This document shows, one piece after another, positions 17,067-26,798 of a DNA stretch of 64,000 bases. The DNA lies in assembly GCA_038317055.1 (NCBI GenBank), contig JBBQBA010000002.1, positions 266,164 through 330,163 of the forward strand. The letters run 5' to 3'. A model generated the notes under the pieces. That model saw only the letters and a list, made by a program, of their open reading frames with translations, was not told where the DNA came from and searched no databases. Position 1 is the first letter of the stretch. Each line of letters starts with the position of its first letter. Position numbers and translations under genes: made by a program. This DNA comes from Candidatus Saccharimonadales bacterium (GTDB taxonomy: Bacteria; Patescibacteriota; Saccharimonadia; Saccharimonadales; DATKHC01).

Positions 17067-18422
17067 TTATATCTTTGCTGTATCTTTAAGTGCACTTGTA
17101 CTAATTGCATAACGACGACCTTCGGTTGCCCAACCTTCAGTTTGAGCAAGGAATTTACGAAATACTACTACTTCAACGAAAGCAGCTATAAATAGGCACA
17201 ATTCAAACCAACGAAGAAAATAGAAGTAGGGTAGTGACGCGATGATGGTCCAGCGCTTAATAACTATGGTAGAGAAGATAGCCAATACAATTACAGCCAT
17301 AAAATCACCAAGAATAAGCGTAGGAAGAACTACCCAACGTCCAGTCGTGTAGATAATAAATGGTATGAAGATTAGGATCTCAAACAGATACAGAAATACC
17401 TGTATCATTGAGTAGGCAATACCAATGTCCAAAGGGTGAAGTTTGAGACCGACTTTATATTTCATTGCACACTGGAAAAATCCTCGTTGCCACCTCATTG
17501 TTTGTTTAGAGAAGTCTCTCAGTGTTTGAGGGTCTTGGGTATAATTAACGGCTCGGGTTATAAAGTGAACTTTACCTAGTTTTTTACGGTGCACTTGATA
17601 GGTGAGATCAAGGTCTTCAGCTAGAACTTTAGAGTTAAAGTCTAGATCTTTAATGATGTCTGTTCTAAACGAGGTAAGCGGTCCAGGGAATACAGATATC
17701 ATTCCAAACCAAGATTGCCATCGACGAGTTAGATGTTGAGCATATGTGTAACAAAAAGCCCGATAATGAGCTATCCAGTTACCGCGCATACTTTGAATAA
17801 AACCGATTGCGACTGCATATTCTTTAGAGTTAGAAAGTTCTTTTCGATAAATTCTAAAATAATCTTCACCGAAAATACTATCTGCGTCAGAAACATGAAC
17901 CCAAAGATACCTTTTCTCGATCTCAAAATGTCCTATAGCGCTAAATATAGCTTTTGCTTTTCCACTTCTTTCAACACTTAAGATATTTTTCTTACCTAGT
18001 GCAGCAATAACCAATTTTCGGGTGTTATCATCTGAATTATCATCGACTACAAATATATCTTCTTTTTTCATACCGGCTCGAATTGCTGAAGCGATAGTAG
18101 CGCTAATAATTAATTCTTCGTTGTGCGCAGGTAGAAGTAGGGCTAATTTCTTTCGACGTGTAACTTTCTGAGTTTTAGTAGTCTTAGTAACCTTTTTAAC
18201 AGCTTTTTCAACAATTATATTGCGATTAGTAGTAAGATTAATGGTTTTTCTAGAGTTGAATTGAGTACGAGATGGGGTAATAGTAGTCCTAGGAACCGTT
18301 ATAGAAGCCCTAGGAGCAGTAATTACAGCTCTGGACGTTACGATATCAGATCGTGGCGTTTTAATACTAGAACGTTCTAATATGATTGGGGCATGTCGTT
18401 TAAATCGTCTAAATATTCTCAT
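17067..18422 (-). CDS. processive family 2 glycosyltransferase (cellulose/chitin-synthase-like)
   Basis: Motifs LLLPAHNEE, SDADS and the Q-x-x-RW motif (QTMRWQRG) are present, followed by C-terminal TM helices. The N-terminus has short tandem ITxPR-type repeats. Confidence 0.85.
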   Translation of the reverse strand: MRIFRRFKRHAPIILERSSIKTPRSDIVTSRAVITAPRASITVPRTTITPSRTQFNSRKTINLTTNRNIIVEKAVKKVTKTTKTQKVTRRKKLALLLPAHNEELIISATIASAIRAGMKKEDIFVVDDNSDDNTRKLVIAALGKKNILSVERSGKAKAIFSAIGHFEIEKRYLWVHVSDADSIFGEDYFRIYRKELSNSKEYAVAIGFIQSMRGNWIAHYRAFCYTYAQHLTRRWQSWFGMISVFPGPLTSFRTDIIKDLDFNSKVLAEDLDLTYQVHRKKLGKVHFITRAVNYTQDPQTLRDFSKQTMRWQRGFFQCAMKYKVGLKLHPLDIGIAYSMIQVFLYLFEILIFIPFIIYTTGRWVVLPTLILGDFMAVIVLAIFSTIVIKRWTIIASLPYFYFLRWFELCLFIAAFVEVVVFRKFLAQTEGWATEGRRYAISTSALKDTAKI

Positions 18423-18572
18423 TCTTGTCTCGGTTGAGGAAATATATTTTTCCGCAATTAATAAACAATACTATAACTGATTTTGTACTTTTTTGCAAGT
18501 TCTTTATGTAATATAGTATTTGTTTGCTAATATCTCAAAGTTCTTATCCTGTAATACTGCAATGAAATAGGA

Positions 18573-18599
18573 TTGACAGCATATCAATTTTAGTATAAT
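18573..18599 (+). promoter_or_regulatory. sigma70-type promoter (TTGACA-15-TATAAT)
   Basis: TTGACA lies at 18573-18578 and TATAAT at 18594-18599, 11 nt upstream of the ATG at 18611. Confidence 0.45.
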
Positions 18600-18610
18600 G
18601 TATTTTCATT

Positions 18611-20032
18611 ATGGTTATTACTGAGGCCCAGCCTAAGCCTTTAGATTTAATTTGCCCCGATGAACTAACTACACGTGATGGCATTGTAAATGCTATGCAA
18701 AATTTAGTTAGTAGCGACATGTCCGGTGAAGAGCAAATTGATCATCTAAAAAACTTAACCGAAAGACTTATTGCTGTTACGGGAGATGTTGCAGTAGATG
18801 AATATGACCGATATAGTAAAACTAGCGAGCGTGGTCTACAGCTTCCTCATCAAAAACTTTTCGAACAACTTGAAGATAAATCAGTAATTGTCACTGGTGG
18901 AACTGGTTTAATAGGCTCAAAATTAATACCACTTATAAAAGGTTACAATCCTAGAAGAATAGTTAGCCTAAGCCGTGGAATTACAACTCCCATGGAACAA
19001 ATAGAAGGCGTTGAATATCATAATGTAGATATTAGAAACGCCGATAAATTAAAAGTTAGTATCGATACAATCTCACCGGATGTTGTGTATCATTTAGCTG
19101 CTCAACGACTACCTGATTTAGCCGAAACTGAAGTAAATCGAACTGTTACCACGAATGTTGACGGAACAAAGAACATTATTGATGCCTTAACAAATGCTGG
19201 TGTAGATCAATTGATTTACGCTTCTACCGGTAAAACACTACGACCATTTTCGCCCGATGTTTATGCAGCATCTAAACAATTTACTGAGGCAATACTTGCT
19301 CAAGCGTCTTCTGAATCGCCAATTCAAATTTCTGCTGGTAGATTTACACACGTAGTGGATGGTTCAAATATTATTCGAAAATTAGCTTCATGGATTGAAA
19401 ATGGTGAAGTAATCGACATTCATGACCCTAACAGCGTGATGTACGTTCAATCTGCCCGAGAAGCAGCCATGTTACTTCTAATTGCTGGAGTAGATAAGAA
19501 ACCGGACGTATTGAACATTCATGCTATTAGAGATTTAGGCTACCATATTAATACCGCCAATGTTGCTATTGGAGCATTAATTAAGATGGGTGGAAAATCT
19601 CCAATACGATTTACTGGATATAGTTCAGGTTACGAAGAAGAGGCATATCACGGACTGTTTCACCCTCGTACCTCACTCGATATAAGTCCGCTAATAAATC
19701 AGCATGAAGCAGAAGCCGCAAAACCGTCTGTATTATGTGAAGAAGTTGATGTATTTCCATTTCAAGTTGGTGATCTTAGTGTTTTTAATGAATACGTTGA
19801 ACTGCTTAAAGAAGCTTGTAATAATGATATGGACTCAGGCTTTATTAAAGAATTAATGGCCGAAGTATCATGGGCTTTATGGGATGCAAAAATTGATGCA
19901 ATGCCGCCGCTTGCTGTACTTAAGGCAGCTAAAAAAGCAGCAAATATTCGAAGTCATCCAATAGCTAGCACTAACAAACATCATTTTCGAACAGACCAAG
20001 CATTTATAGATAAAGCTATATTATTAAGCTAA
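18611..20032 (+). CDS. NAD-dependent epimerase/dehydratase (polysaccharide biosynthesis, CapD-like)
   Basis: It has the Rossmann motif VIVTGGTGLIGS and the YxxxK motif (YAASK). Confidence 0.8.
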   Translation: MVITEAQPKPLDLICPDELTTRDGIVNAMQNLVSSDMSGEEQIDHLKNLTERLIAVTGDVAVDEYDRYSKTSERGLQLPHQKLFEQLEDKSVIVTGGTGLIGSKLIPLIKGYNPRRIVSLSRGITTPMEQIEGVEYHNVDIRNADKLKVSIDTISPDVVYHLAAQRLPDLAETEVNRTVTTNVDGTKNIIDALTNAGVDQLIYASTGKTLRPFSPDVYAASKQFTEAILAQASSESPIQISAGRFTHVVDGSNIIRKLASWIENGEVIDIHDPNSVMYVQSAREAAMLLLIAGVDKKPDVLNIHAIRDLGYHINTANVAIGALIKMGGKSPIRFTGYSSGYEEEAYHGLFHPRTSLDISPLINQHEAEAAKPSVLCEEVDVFPFQVGDLSVFNEYVELLKEACNNDMDSGFIKELMAEVSWALWDAKIDAMPPLAVLKAAKKAANIRSHPIASTNKHHFRTDQAFIDKAILLS

Positions 20033-20035
20033 TTT

Positions 20036-20482
20036 TTATCTAACCAAAAAATGATGTGATAAAAGGAATTCGTCCTGATCAGCATGCATATCATCAGGCA
20101 ATTTTGAAAACCAACCACCATCAGAAGCTTCACTATTTATTTTGGGTTCACCGGAGTATTTAGTAATCTCAAAAACAAGCCCAACTAAGGTACCTAATCC
20201 TTTAGCTTTATGGCTAGGGTATTCCACATATCCAATAAATTTTGATTCAGATACAGAAATACTAAGTTCTCTTTGGGCAACCCTGATTAGAGCATCATTG
20301 AGTGTTTCACCGTTGTAGAGCGTTCCACCAGGAACTGTCCATTCAGTGCATGGTTCTATAGCACGTCGTGTTAAATATACTTCTTGTTTTTCATTCCTAA
20401 CAAGTGTTTCAACTGATAATCTTGGGACTTTAGAATAGATATTATTAAATTCTTCTTTTGTAAGTGGGAAGTCATTGCTCAT
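20036..20482 (-). CDS. NUDIX hydrolase
   Basis: It has the Nudix box GGTLYNGETLNDALIRVAQRELSI. Confidence 0.8.
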   Translation of the reverse strand: MSNDFPLTKEEFNNIYSKVPRLSVETLVRNEKQEVYLTRRAIEPCTEWTVPGGTLYNGETLNDALIRVAQRELSISVSESKFIGYVEYPSHKAKGLGTLVGLVFEITKYSGEPKINSEASDGGWFSKLPDDMHADQDEFLLSHHFLVR

Positions 20483-20513
20483 AAGTTCATTATACCTATA
20501 TTTAAATACATAT

Positions 20514-20547
20514 AAAAAGGAGCCTAATCAGAGGCTCCTTTTATTTT
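20514..20547 (-). terminator. rho-independent terminator
   Basis: The stem GGAGCC/GGCTCC has an 8-nt loop and is flanked by A- and T-runs. It lies downstream of 20565..21101. Confidence 0.7.
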
Positions 20548-20564
20548 AGTTTTAAATGTTTTTA

Positions 20565-21101
20565 TTAATCTTCGATTGAGCGTGCAGCCATTAATTCTAC
20601 GATACCAACTACGATAGCGTAAATTCCAATAAGCCATACAAATGCAATACCTGCAGTTGCTTTTTGGTCAAGAATTATAATTCCAACCACAGCAGCAAAT
20701 AAACCTGAAAATACAGACATTCCACGACTACCACCGTCAGCCTTAGTATCAAGTAATGCACCTACCAGTTCCATAACACCACGTATGATTAGTATAAAAC
20801 CAAGCAAACCTATGAATAGACTAAAAGTTTCAGCTGGATGTCTCAAGATGTAAACACCGAAACCAAGCTCGACAAGCCCTAGAACTGCAGTTAAGAACCA
20901 ATAACCACCATGTGTCATGCTTGCAAGACCATGGAAGATATGTGCGATTCCACTAACTAACAGGTATGCACCTACTAGATAGATTAATATTACTAGCGTT
21001 AAACTGGGCCAAAAAATGACAGCTACTCCGAAAAGTAGAGTCAAAATACCCTGAAAAACCAAAACGCCATGAACGTCTTTGGCCGTTACTGCTTTTGCCA
21101 T
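20565..21101 (-). CDS. HdeD/DUF308 family membrane protein
   Basis: It has six hydrophobic helices and the repeated pattern G.l.l..G...i..P typical of DUF308. Confidence 0.7.
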   Translation of the reverse strand: MAKAVTAKDVHGVLVFQGILTLLFGVAVIFWPSLTLVILIYLVGAYLLVSGIAHIFHGLASMTHGGYWFLTAVLGLVELGFGVYILRHPAETFSLFIGLLGFILIIRGVMELVGALLDTKADGGSRGMSVFSGLFAAVVGIIILDQKATAGIAFVWLIGIYAIVVGIVELMAARSIED

Positions 21102-21210
21102 TAATTTTCTCCTTAAAACTTACTATTGTTGACATATTACTACTAAATTGTCTGATTTAAAAACAAAAATACTGAAAATGTGTTGTGGTTTTACTGCGGA
21201 TAATTTTACT

Positions 21211-22947
21211 TTAAGGGGTGAAACTGCTGATGTTTTGAACACGTTTCTGATTATCTGTGCCGCTCGCAGGGATTATAGATAATTTAAGTCCATTTGAATT
21301 CAAGAGGATATAATCATCGGTCCACCAGCCATATGGCGTGTACTGATAATTATCAAAATTAGCAATTGCCTTAGCACTTCCACCATTTTTATCTCCTACA
21401 TAAATTGTAGTTTTACCATCAACTAATCTTGACCACATTTGATATGCACCGGAAGGTGATAAATAGTATGGTGAACTTGTTGGAGGATTTGCAATCGTAG
21501 TTGCAAGAGCCTGAGCAGTAGAAGCGGTTATCTTCCCCTTAGCAAAAGTGAAGTAGCTAACTTTATTTGTTGCCGCATTAGTATAAGCGATGGCGACAGT
21601 ATTTGGAGATGTATAAATAAATTTAGGCGGAGAACTGTAGTTAGTGGTTGGTGTCAGCGATTGTTGAGATTCAGGTATTTGGAATACTTTGTTTGATGAA
21701 CCCAGAATCGCCGTAATTGTAGTTGAACTAGATGCGATCGTTGCTGGAACTCCTGTCCAATACTTTGAAAAAAGTACATTATCGTCATTTAGAACAATTA
21801 CTGAATTATAATTTTGTTGAGATGAAGAGAAGGAATTAAAACCACCAATATTTGCAGTATCTAAGCGATAAGGTTTAGGTGATTTAGAAGATGCATTATA
21901 AGCAATCAGTTTTGAACCGCTTCCTCCATCATCAGGAATACCGTTTGCGACAGCAGTGTAGATTAAAATATCATCGGGTGTCCATCCATATATATTCATT
22001 CCGAGTGGTGACTGACCAATACTTACGAAGTTCTTTTTAGCTACGTTATATACATAAAGCGTTGGTGTATTTGCAGCATCGGGCATTGTAACTGCAATAT
22101 ACTTTGAATCAGGCGAAGCTAGCATGTGAGTATTGGCTGGCGTAGCTGAAGCTGATGCTGGTACGACCGGCACAGAATTTGTTCCATCTAGATCTGATTG
22201 AACCAATGACACATTTGGACTGCCAGAATTTAAGTAATAAGTTTTTCCAGTAGGCACCATCGTATAACTATTAATAGTATTGTTATTTATTGAGACTTTA
22301 TTAACATTGTACGTATCAGCAGTAACACTTGCTTCTACTAGTGCCTGATCACTTGGTAAATTTATAACAGCATGGCCTATTGAATTCGTAGTAACAGAAC
22401 TTTGCAGTGCATTTACTACTGCTCCACTAATTGGTTTTTGTGTAAACCTATTACTTACAAAGATGCTTATTTCAGTACCAACACCTTTAATAGCAAAGAC
22501 ATGGTAATTATGATTAGTGAAAGTAACGAGTGTTGTAGTCTGGTAATTTTGATAATAGATATGTTTTATCGAAAGTACGGCATCACCAACCTTAATTCTC
22601 GGGAAGGTTGCTTGACCTGCACTATTAGTAGTCACAGTTTGCCCCCGTAAATTGACTGTTGCATTTGAAAGTGGTTGTGAAGTTTGGGAATCAATCACCA
22701 TAATTGAATAATGCTGCTTCTTAACTACACCAAAAATGTCGTATTTATAAACTAGTATTACAAAAATAGTCGGTATCAGGATTAGAAGAGTAACCAATAA
22801 GAAGATTCGGCGTTCTTGAAGATATCTAATTATTCTACTACGTTTTGGTTTATTCGGTGGTAGAACGTTTGAAGCGCCACTATACTGATTATATGAATTT
22901 GGCGGGAAATAACTACTTGGTACTTGAGGTAATTTTTTTGGTTGCAT
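21211..22947 (-). CDS. membrane-anchored protein with carboxypeptidase-regulatory-like and beta-propeller-like regions
   Basis: It has an N-terminal TM segment, then two SQPLSNATVNL/GQTVTTNSAGQA-type Ig-like segments, then TolB-like repeats. Confidence 0.55.
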   Translation of the reverse strand: MQPKKLPQVPSSYFPPNSYNQYSGASNVLPPNKPKRSRIIRYLQERRIFLLVTLLILIPTIFVILVYKYDIFGVVKKQHYSIMVIDSQTSQPLSNATVNLRGQTVTTNSAGQATFPRIKVGDAVLSIKHIYYQNYQTTTLVTFTNHNYHVFAIKGVGTEISIFVSNRFTQKPISGAVVNALQSSVTTNSIGHAVINLPSDQALVEASVTADTYNVNKVSINNNTINSYTMVPTGKTYYLNSGSPNVSLVQSDLDGTNSVPVVPASASATPANTHMLASPDSKYIAVTMPDAANTPTLYVYNVAKKNFVSIGQSPLGMNIYGWTPDDILIYTAVANGIPDDGGSGSKLIAYNASSKSPKPYRLDTANIGGFNSFSSSQQNYNSVIVLNDDNVLFSKYWTGVPATIASSSTTITAILGSSNKVFQIPESQQSLTPTTNYSSPPKFIYTSPNTVAIAYTNAATNKVSYFTFAKGKITASTAQALATTIANPPTSSPYYLSPSGAYQMWSRLVDGKTTIYVGDKNGGSAKAIANFDNYQYTPYGWWTDDYILLNSNGLKLSIIPASGTDNQKRVQNISSFTP

Positions 22948-23004
22948 AGAGTTTACTTAAGTATAAGCACTTATTTAAATAAACTCTAGTCGAGAAGTGT
23001 TAAA

Positions 23005-23943
23005 TTAGTCTTTAATTTTTATGACTACTTTACCTTTTGGATGATCATGTTCGAGTACATCAAAAGCTGAAGCCGTTTGCTCAATAGGGTAGTCTTTTTC
23101 AATTTGTGGTTTTATAACAACCTGTTCAACAAGTTCTCTAACATTATTAAGCGATTGTGAATCGACTTTTGTTGACTGATGTCGAGCTCGAACATTATAT
23201 TTTTCAGAGAGTTCTGAATCTGGTTCTTGCATCATTGAGACAAGTATTCCATTTGGTTTTAATACTTCGAATGATTTCTTATATACTTCTCCACCAATCA
23301 AATCAAAGACTGCATCATAGTCTTTAATTATTTTTGCAAAATCCTCAGTTTCATAATTAATGACTACTTCTGCGCCCAAGCCTTTAACATAATCAATATC
23401 TTTTCCTGCACAGGTTGTAGCGATTGATGCTCCCAGATGTTTAGCTAGCTGTATTGCTATACTACCAATTCCTCCAGCGCCTCCATGAATTAATAACTTT
23501 TGACCACTAGATAAACTCATATTATCTACCAATGCTTGGTATGCACTTACGGCTGTTAGTGGGAGTCCGGCTGCTTCGACAAAGCTAATATTATTAGGTT
23601 TAAGAGCAAGTGAGCTCGGTTTAGCTAGAGTAAACTCAGCTATTGCTCCGCCTCCGCTAAAGAATGCCGCTTGACCATAAACTTCGTCGCCAACTTTAAG
23701 GTTTTCATTTGCAGATCCTACTTCGTTTATAACTCCTGCCATGTCCATTCCTAAAGTTTTAGGAAATTGTAGGGGAATTGAATCTTTCATAGCACCAGAA
23801 TTAACTTTGTAATCAAACGGATTAATACTTGCTGCATGTACCTCAACGACGACTAAACCATCACGAGCGGATGGCTTAAGGGCATCCTCGACTATCTTAA
23901 TAACTTCACTAGAACCATATTCATTTATAACTGCTGCTTTCAT
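23005..23943 (-). CDS. NADPH:quinone oxidoreductase / zinc-type alcohol dehydrogenase superfamily
   Basis: The protein begins MKAAVINEYG, carries the GGAGGIGS Rossmann motif, and ends in the KGKVVIK tail. The ATG at 23941-23943 is preceded by a GGGGG SD. Confidence 0.85.
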   Translation of the reverse strand: MKAAVINEYGSSEVIKIVEDALKPSARDGLVVVEVHAASINPFDYKVNSGAMKDSIPLQFPKTLGMDMAGVINEVGSANENLKVGDEVYGQAAFFSGGGAIAEFTLAKPSSLALKPNNISFVEAAGLPLTAVSAYQALVDNMSLSSGQKLLIHGGAGGIGSIAIQLAKHLGASIATTCAGKDIDYVKGLGAEVVINYETEDFAKIIKDYDAVFDLIGGEVYKKSFEVLKPNGILVSMMQEPDSELSEKYNVRARHQSTKVDSQSLNNVRELVEQVVIKPQIEKDYPIEQTASAFDVLEHDHPKGKVVIKIKD

Positions 23944-24014
23944 ATATACCCCCAATAATCATTTACTATACTAAGTATAGCTTGATTATCACGACGTTCC
24001 AAAACATATACTAA

Positions 24015-24629
24015 TTAACTGGCCTGAACGCTGAGACGTACACGTTCTACTTTTATTTCTGTCCGTTCTTCGTCAGTAGTACCACCCCAAATTCCACGTT
24101 CGTTGCTAAAAAGTGCTACTTCAAGACATTCCAAACGAACCGGACATTTATCACAGGTTTGTTTGGCTACTTCTTCCTCGGCTTGGCCTCCACCGAAAAA
24201 CAACTCTTGAGGAAGACCCTTACAGGCACCAGCTGCTTTTACAGTATCAGATAAAGGATGTCTGGGAAGATAGTTTGATTCATTCCTTTTATGGACAACT
24301 TTTGGCAGTATATCTGGAGGTGCGGTTTTTTTTGAGCTACGATTTAATTTGTGCATGACGGTGGACAAACGTTCACTACATCCAGGAGTAGAATATTTAA
24401 ATGAATCGATAGCTACTTGGCAACTAGCAAATATTAGACTTTTATCGGCGAGTTCAGCAGGTGAAACATCGATTTGAGCATCTTCATCTAACTCAGTATC
24501 AAGAATAAAATCGACCAATCTATAAAAGAGTTCAACTTGTTCTTCTTTAAAGACATTAGGCGTTCTGTCTAAATTTCCTACTACGTCAGGAAAATTATTA
24601 TTTACACCTCCAGGTGGTCTTTTATTCAT
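24015..24629 (-). CDS. WhiB-like (Wbl) Fe-S transcription factor with a long N-terminal extension
   Basis: It has the pattern C-x22-C-x2-C-x5-C (ACKGLP...TCDKCPVRLEC) followed by the GIWGG turn. Confidence 0.75.
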   Translation of the reverse strand: MNKRPPGGVNNNFPDVVGNLDRTPNVFKEEQVELFYRLVDFILDTELDEDAQIDVSPAELADKSLIFASCQVAIDSFKYSTPGCSERLSTVMHKLNRSSKKTAPPDILPKVVHKRNESNYLPRHPLSDTVKAAGACKGLPQELFFGGGQAEEEVAKQTCDKCPVRLECLEVALFSNERGIWGGTTDEERTEIKVERVRLSVQAS

Positions 24630-24636
24630 TTTAGTT

Positions 24637-24999
24637 CTATATAGATCTTGCTTCGCGGTTTCTCTTCAATTCACGATTAAAAAGTTTACGATTAATTTTT
24701 ACCTGAGTACTTTCACTTAGTCCCATATACTTGCCACCAGCGATAAATATAGGACCCAAATACTCTCGAGTAGTATCTAAAGTTTTAGAAGTAGGTGAAT
24801 TTATAGTTGCTGTAGCCAAACATTCATCGCGTATTACACACGTTCCACAATATTGTCGGGCTCGCTCTACGTTATCTGCAAGTTCAGCTATAACCCTTGT
24901 TGGCTCTGGGATAAATATATTGGTGTCAACACCGCGACAATTTCTGTCGTAATAATCATCTTCACCTACTACGTTTTCTAAGAACACAAAAGTTTCCAT
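24637..24999 (-). CDS. WhiB-like (Wbl) Fe-S transcription factor
   Basis: It has NCRGVD...YCGTCVIRDEC (C-x29-C-x2-C-x5-C) and a basic C-terminus. Confidence 0.7.
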   Translation of the reverse strand: METFVFLENVVGEDDYYDRNCRGVDTNIFIPEPTRVIAELADNVERARQYCGTCVIRDECLATATINSPTSKTLDTTREYLGPIFIAGGKYMGLSESTQVKINRKLFNRELKRNREARSI

Positions 25000-25024
25000 A
25001 ATACATACGATACAACTTTTTTAA

Positions 25025-26737
25025 TTAAGAGCCAAATGTAAATGTATACAGCGAAATGCCAGCCGGTACTGTCAAAGTTATTATGCCTTGACCAAAGTTA
25101 TTTAGTGAAGTTATGTGATAGAGGCGAGAACCACTTACGACCAAATTACCATTCTGATCATCACTACCAAATTGACCTTCAGCTCCGCCAGACAGTCCAA
25201 CCTTTATGTTCATTGGGGTGTTATTAGAGCTTCCGGCAACGACATAAACATCCTTAGCCGCAAAACTGAATGTCAAAGTTGAGCTGCTACTTCTGCTTGT
25301 TATATTTTCGGAATTTATTTGCCATTTACCATTAAGCGTCCAATTATTTTGATTTAGGGAGTCAGATGGAATTTGTGTAAAGTTTGCTGAACCGTTTGTT
25401 AGATCAGGTTTACCAGAGTAGTTTGACTGACGATTTGTTCCAAAATAAGTTTCTGGGGTTTGCGCTGAAGTTATAGGAACTGTAGATACAGGACTAACTA
25501 TTGAGTGTTTAATACTCAATAGTTGTTGAATTGCTCGTTCAGTTACGTCATAAGATCCTTCACCTAAACTGATATAGCGAATATTACCGTCCTTATCTAT
25601 CAAATAATCTGCTGGCCATGAGTTATTTTGAAAGGCATTCCACGTATCATAGTTATTATCGAGAGCAACCGGATAAGTTATTCCTGTTGACTTAACAAAG
25701 TTAGAAACATTGATTGGGTTATGCTCAAAAGCGAACTCAGGTGTATGAACACCGATAACAACTAAACCTTTATCTTGATAGGTTTTATACCATTTTTCGA
25801 CGTAGGGTAGAGCTCTATTACAATTCACACATGAATAGGTCCAGAAATCAACCAACACAACTTTTCCATGAAGTTGAGACAATTGCAGTGGTCCACTATT
25901 TATCCAATTTGTTAAACCAGCTAGTTGCGGTGCGGGTGTTGATTTGACATTCAAGACACTTTTAGTTCCGTTACCAGAGTTGGACAGGGTAGTGGCAATC
26001 GATTTATGTTGTTTCGCAAGTAGTACAGATTCAATATGAGTCTCGTCAAATGGCAGATGATTAGCTAGTGATGTTTCAAGACGTACTTCCTGACCACTAA
26101 TAATCGCTATTCCTATTAAAATGAAAATAACACCTATGATCCTTCTAAAAAGACCATGGGTGTCAACAGCCCAATTCAATTTGGAAATAAACTTTTTACC
26201 TAGAAGTGAAACTAGCAGTAAGGCAATAACAAGTGCAAAAACATAGGTTAGTAAATATATAAATCCACCCAAGAAATTACTAGGTAGTACTGAAGCTAGG
26301 ATGAATGCATATGTAGGACTACAGCTAGAAAATACAGGACCTAGCGCTAGACCAATTAATATCGGTCCAATATATTTGCCTGAGTTACGCTCACTTTGAC
26401 CTAAGAATCTTTGTGATGCAGCTTGCCAGTTAAGTCTAATTATTAATTTTTCCCAAAGTTCCGGGAAAACACTAACTAGACCTAGCGCAATAACTAGTCC
26501 ACCCGAAGCATACAAAAGGAAGTTAGGTGACAAGTTAACTAAGCTTGTGCTAACTTTTAATACTAAAGTGAAAATTATAATTGAAGCCGCTAGTGATCCT
26601 GCAATAATGTAGGGTCGGCTTTTTTGTTTAGAATTGCCACTAATTGATCCGCCTATTATCAAAGGGATTAAAGGCAGGACGCAGGGCGCCAATATAGTTA
26701 GAAAGCCAGCGATGAAGCTGATTAAAAGCAGCAGCAT
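25025..26737 (-). CDS. dipZ: DipZ-like protein (CcdA/DsbD membrane domain + thioredoxin-like domain + C-terminal beta domain)
   Basis: The CcdA motif LAPCVLPLIP is followed by DFWTYSCVNCNRALP (CxxC). Confidence 0.8.
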   Translation of the reverse strand: MLLLLISFIAGFLTILAPCVLPLIPLIIGGSISGNSKQKSRPYIIAGSLAASIIIFTLVLKVSTSLVNLSPNFLLYASGGLVIALGLVSVFPELWEKLIIRLNWQAASQRFLGQSERNSGKYIGPILIGLALGPVFSSCSPTYAFILASVLPSNFLGGFIYLLTYVFALVIALLLVSLLGKKFISKLNWAVDTHGLFRRIIGVIFILIGIAIISGQEVRLETSLANHLPFDETHIESVLLAKQHKSIATTLSNSGNGTKSVLNVKSTPAPQLAGLTNWINSGPLQLSQLHGKVVLVDFWTYSCVNCNRALPYVEKWYKTYQDKGLVVIGVHTPEFAFEHNPINVSNFVKSTGITYPVALDNNYDTWNAFQNNSWPADYLIDKDGNIRYISLGEGSYDVTERAIQQLLSIKHSIVSPVSTVPITSAQTPETYFGTNRQSNYSGKPDLTNGSANFTQIPSDSLNQNNWTLNGKWQINSENITSRSSSSTLTFSFAAKDVYVVAGSSNNTPMNIKVGLSGGAEGQFGSDDQNGNLVVSGSRLYHITSLNNFGQGIITLTVPAGISLYTFTFGS

Positions 26738-26798
26738 TAGCTATATTATATAGCTTTTGAAACTATCTTTTAGCTGCAGATAAACTTAAGACTAACTA

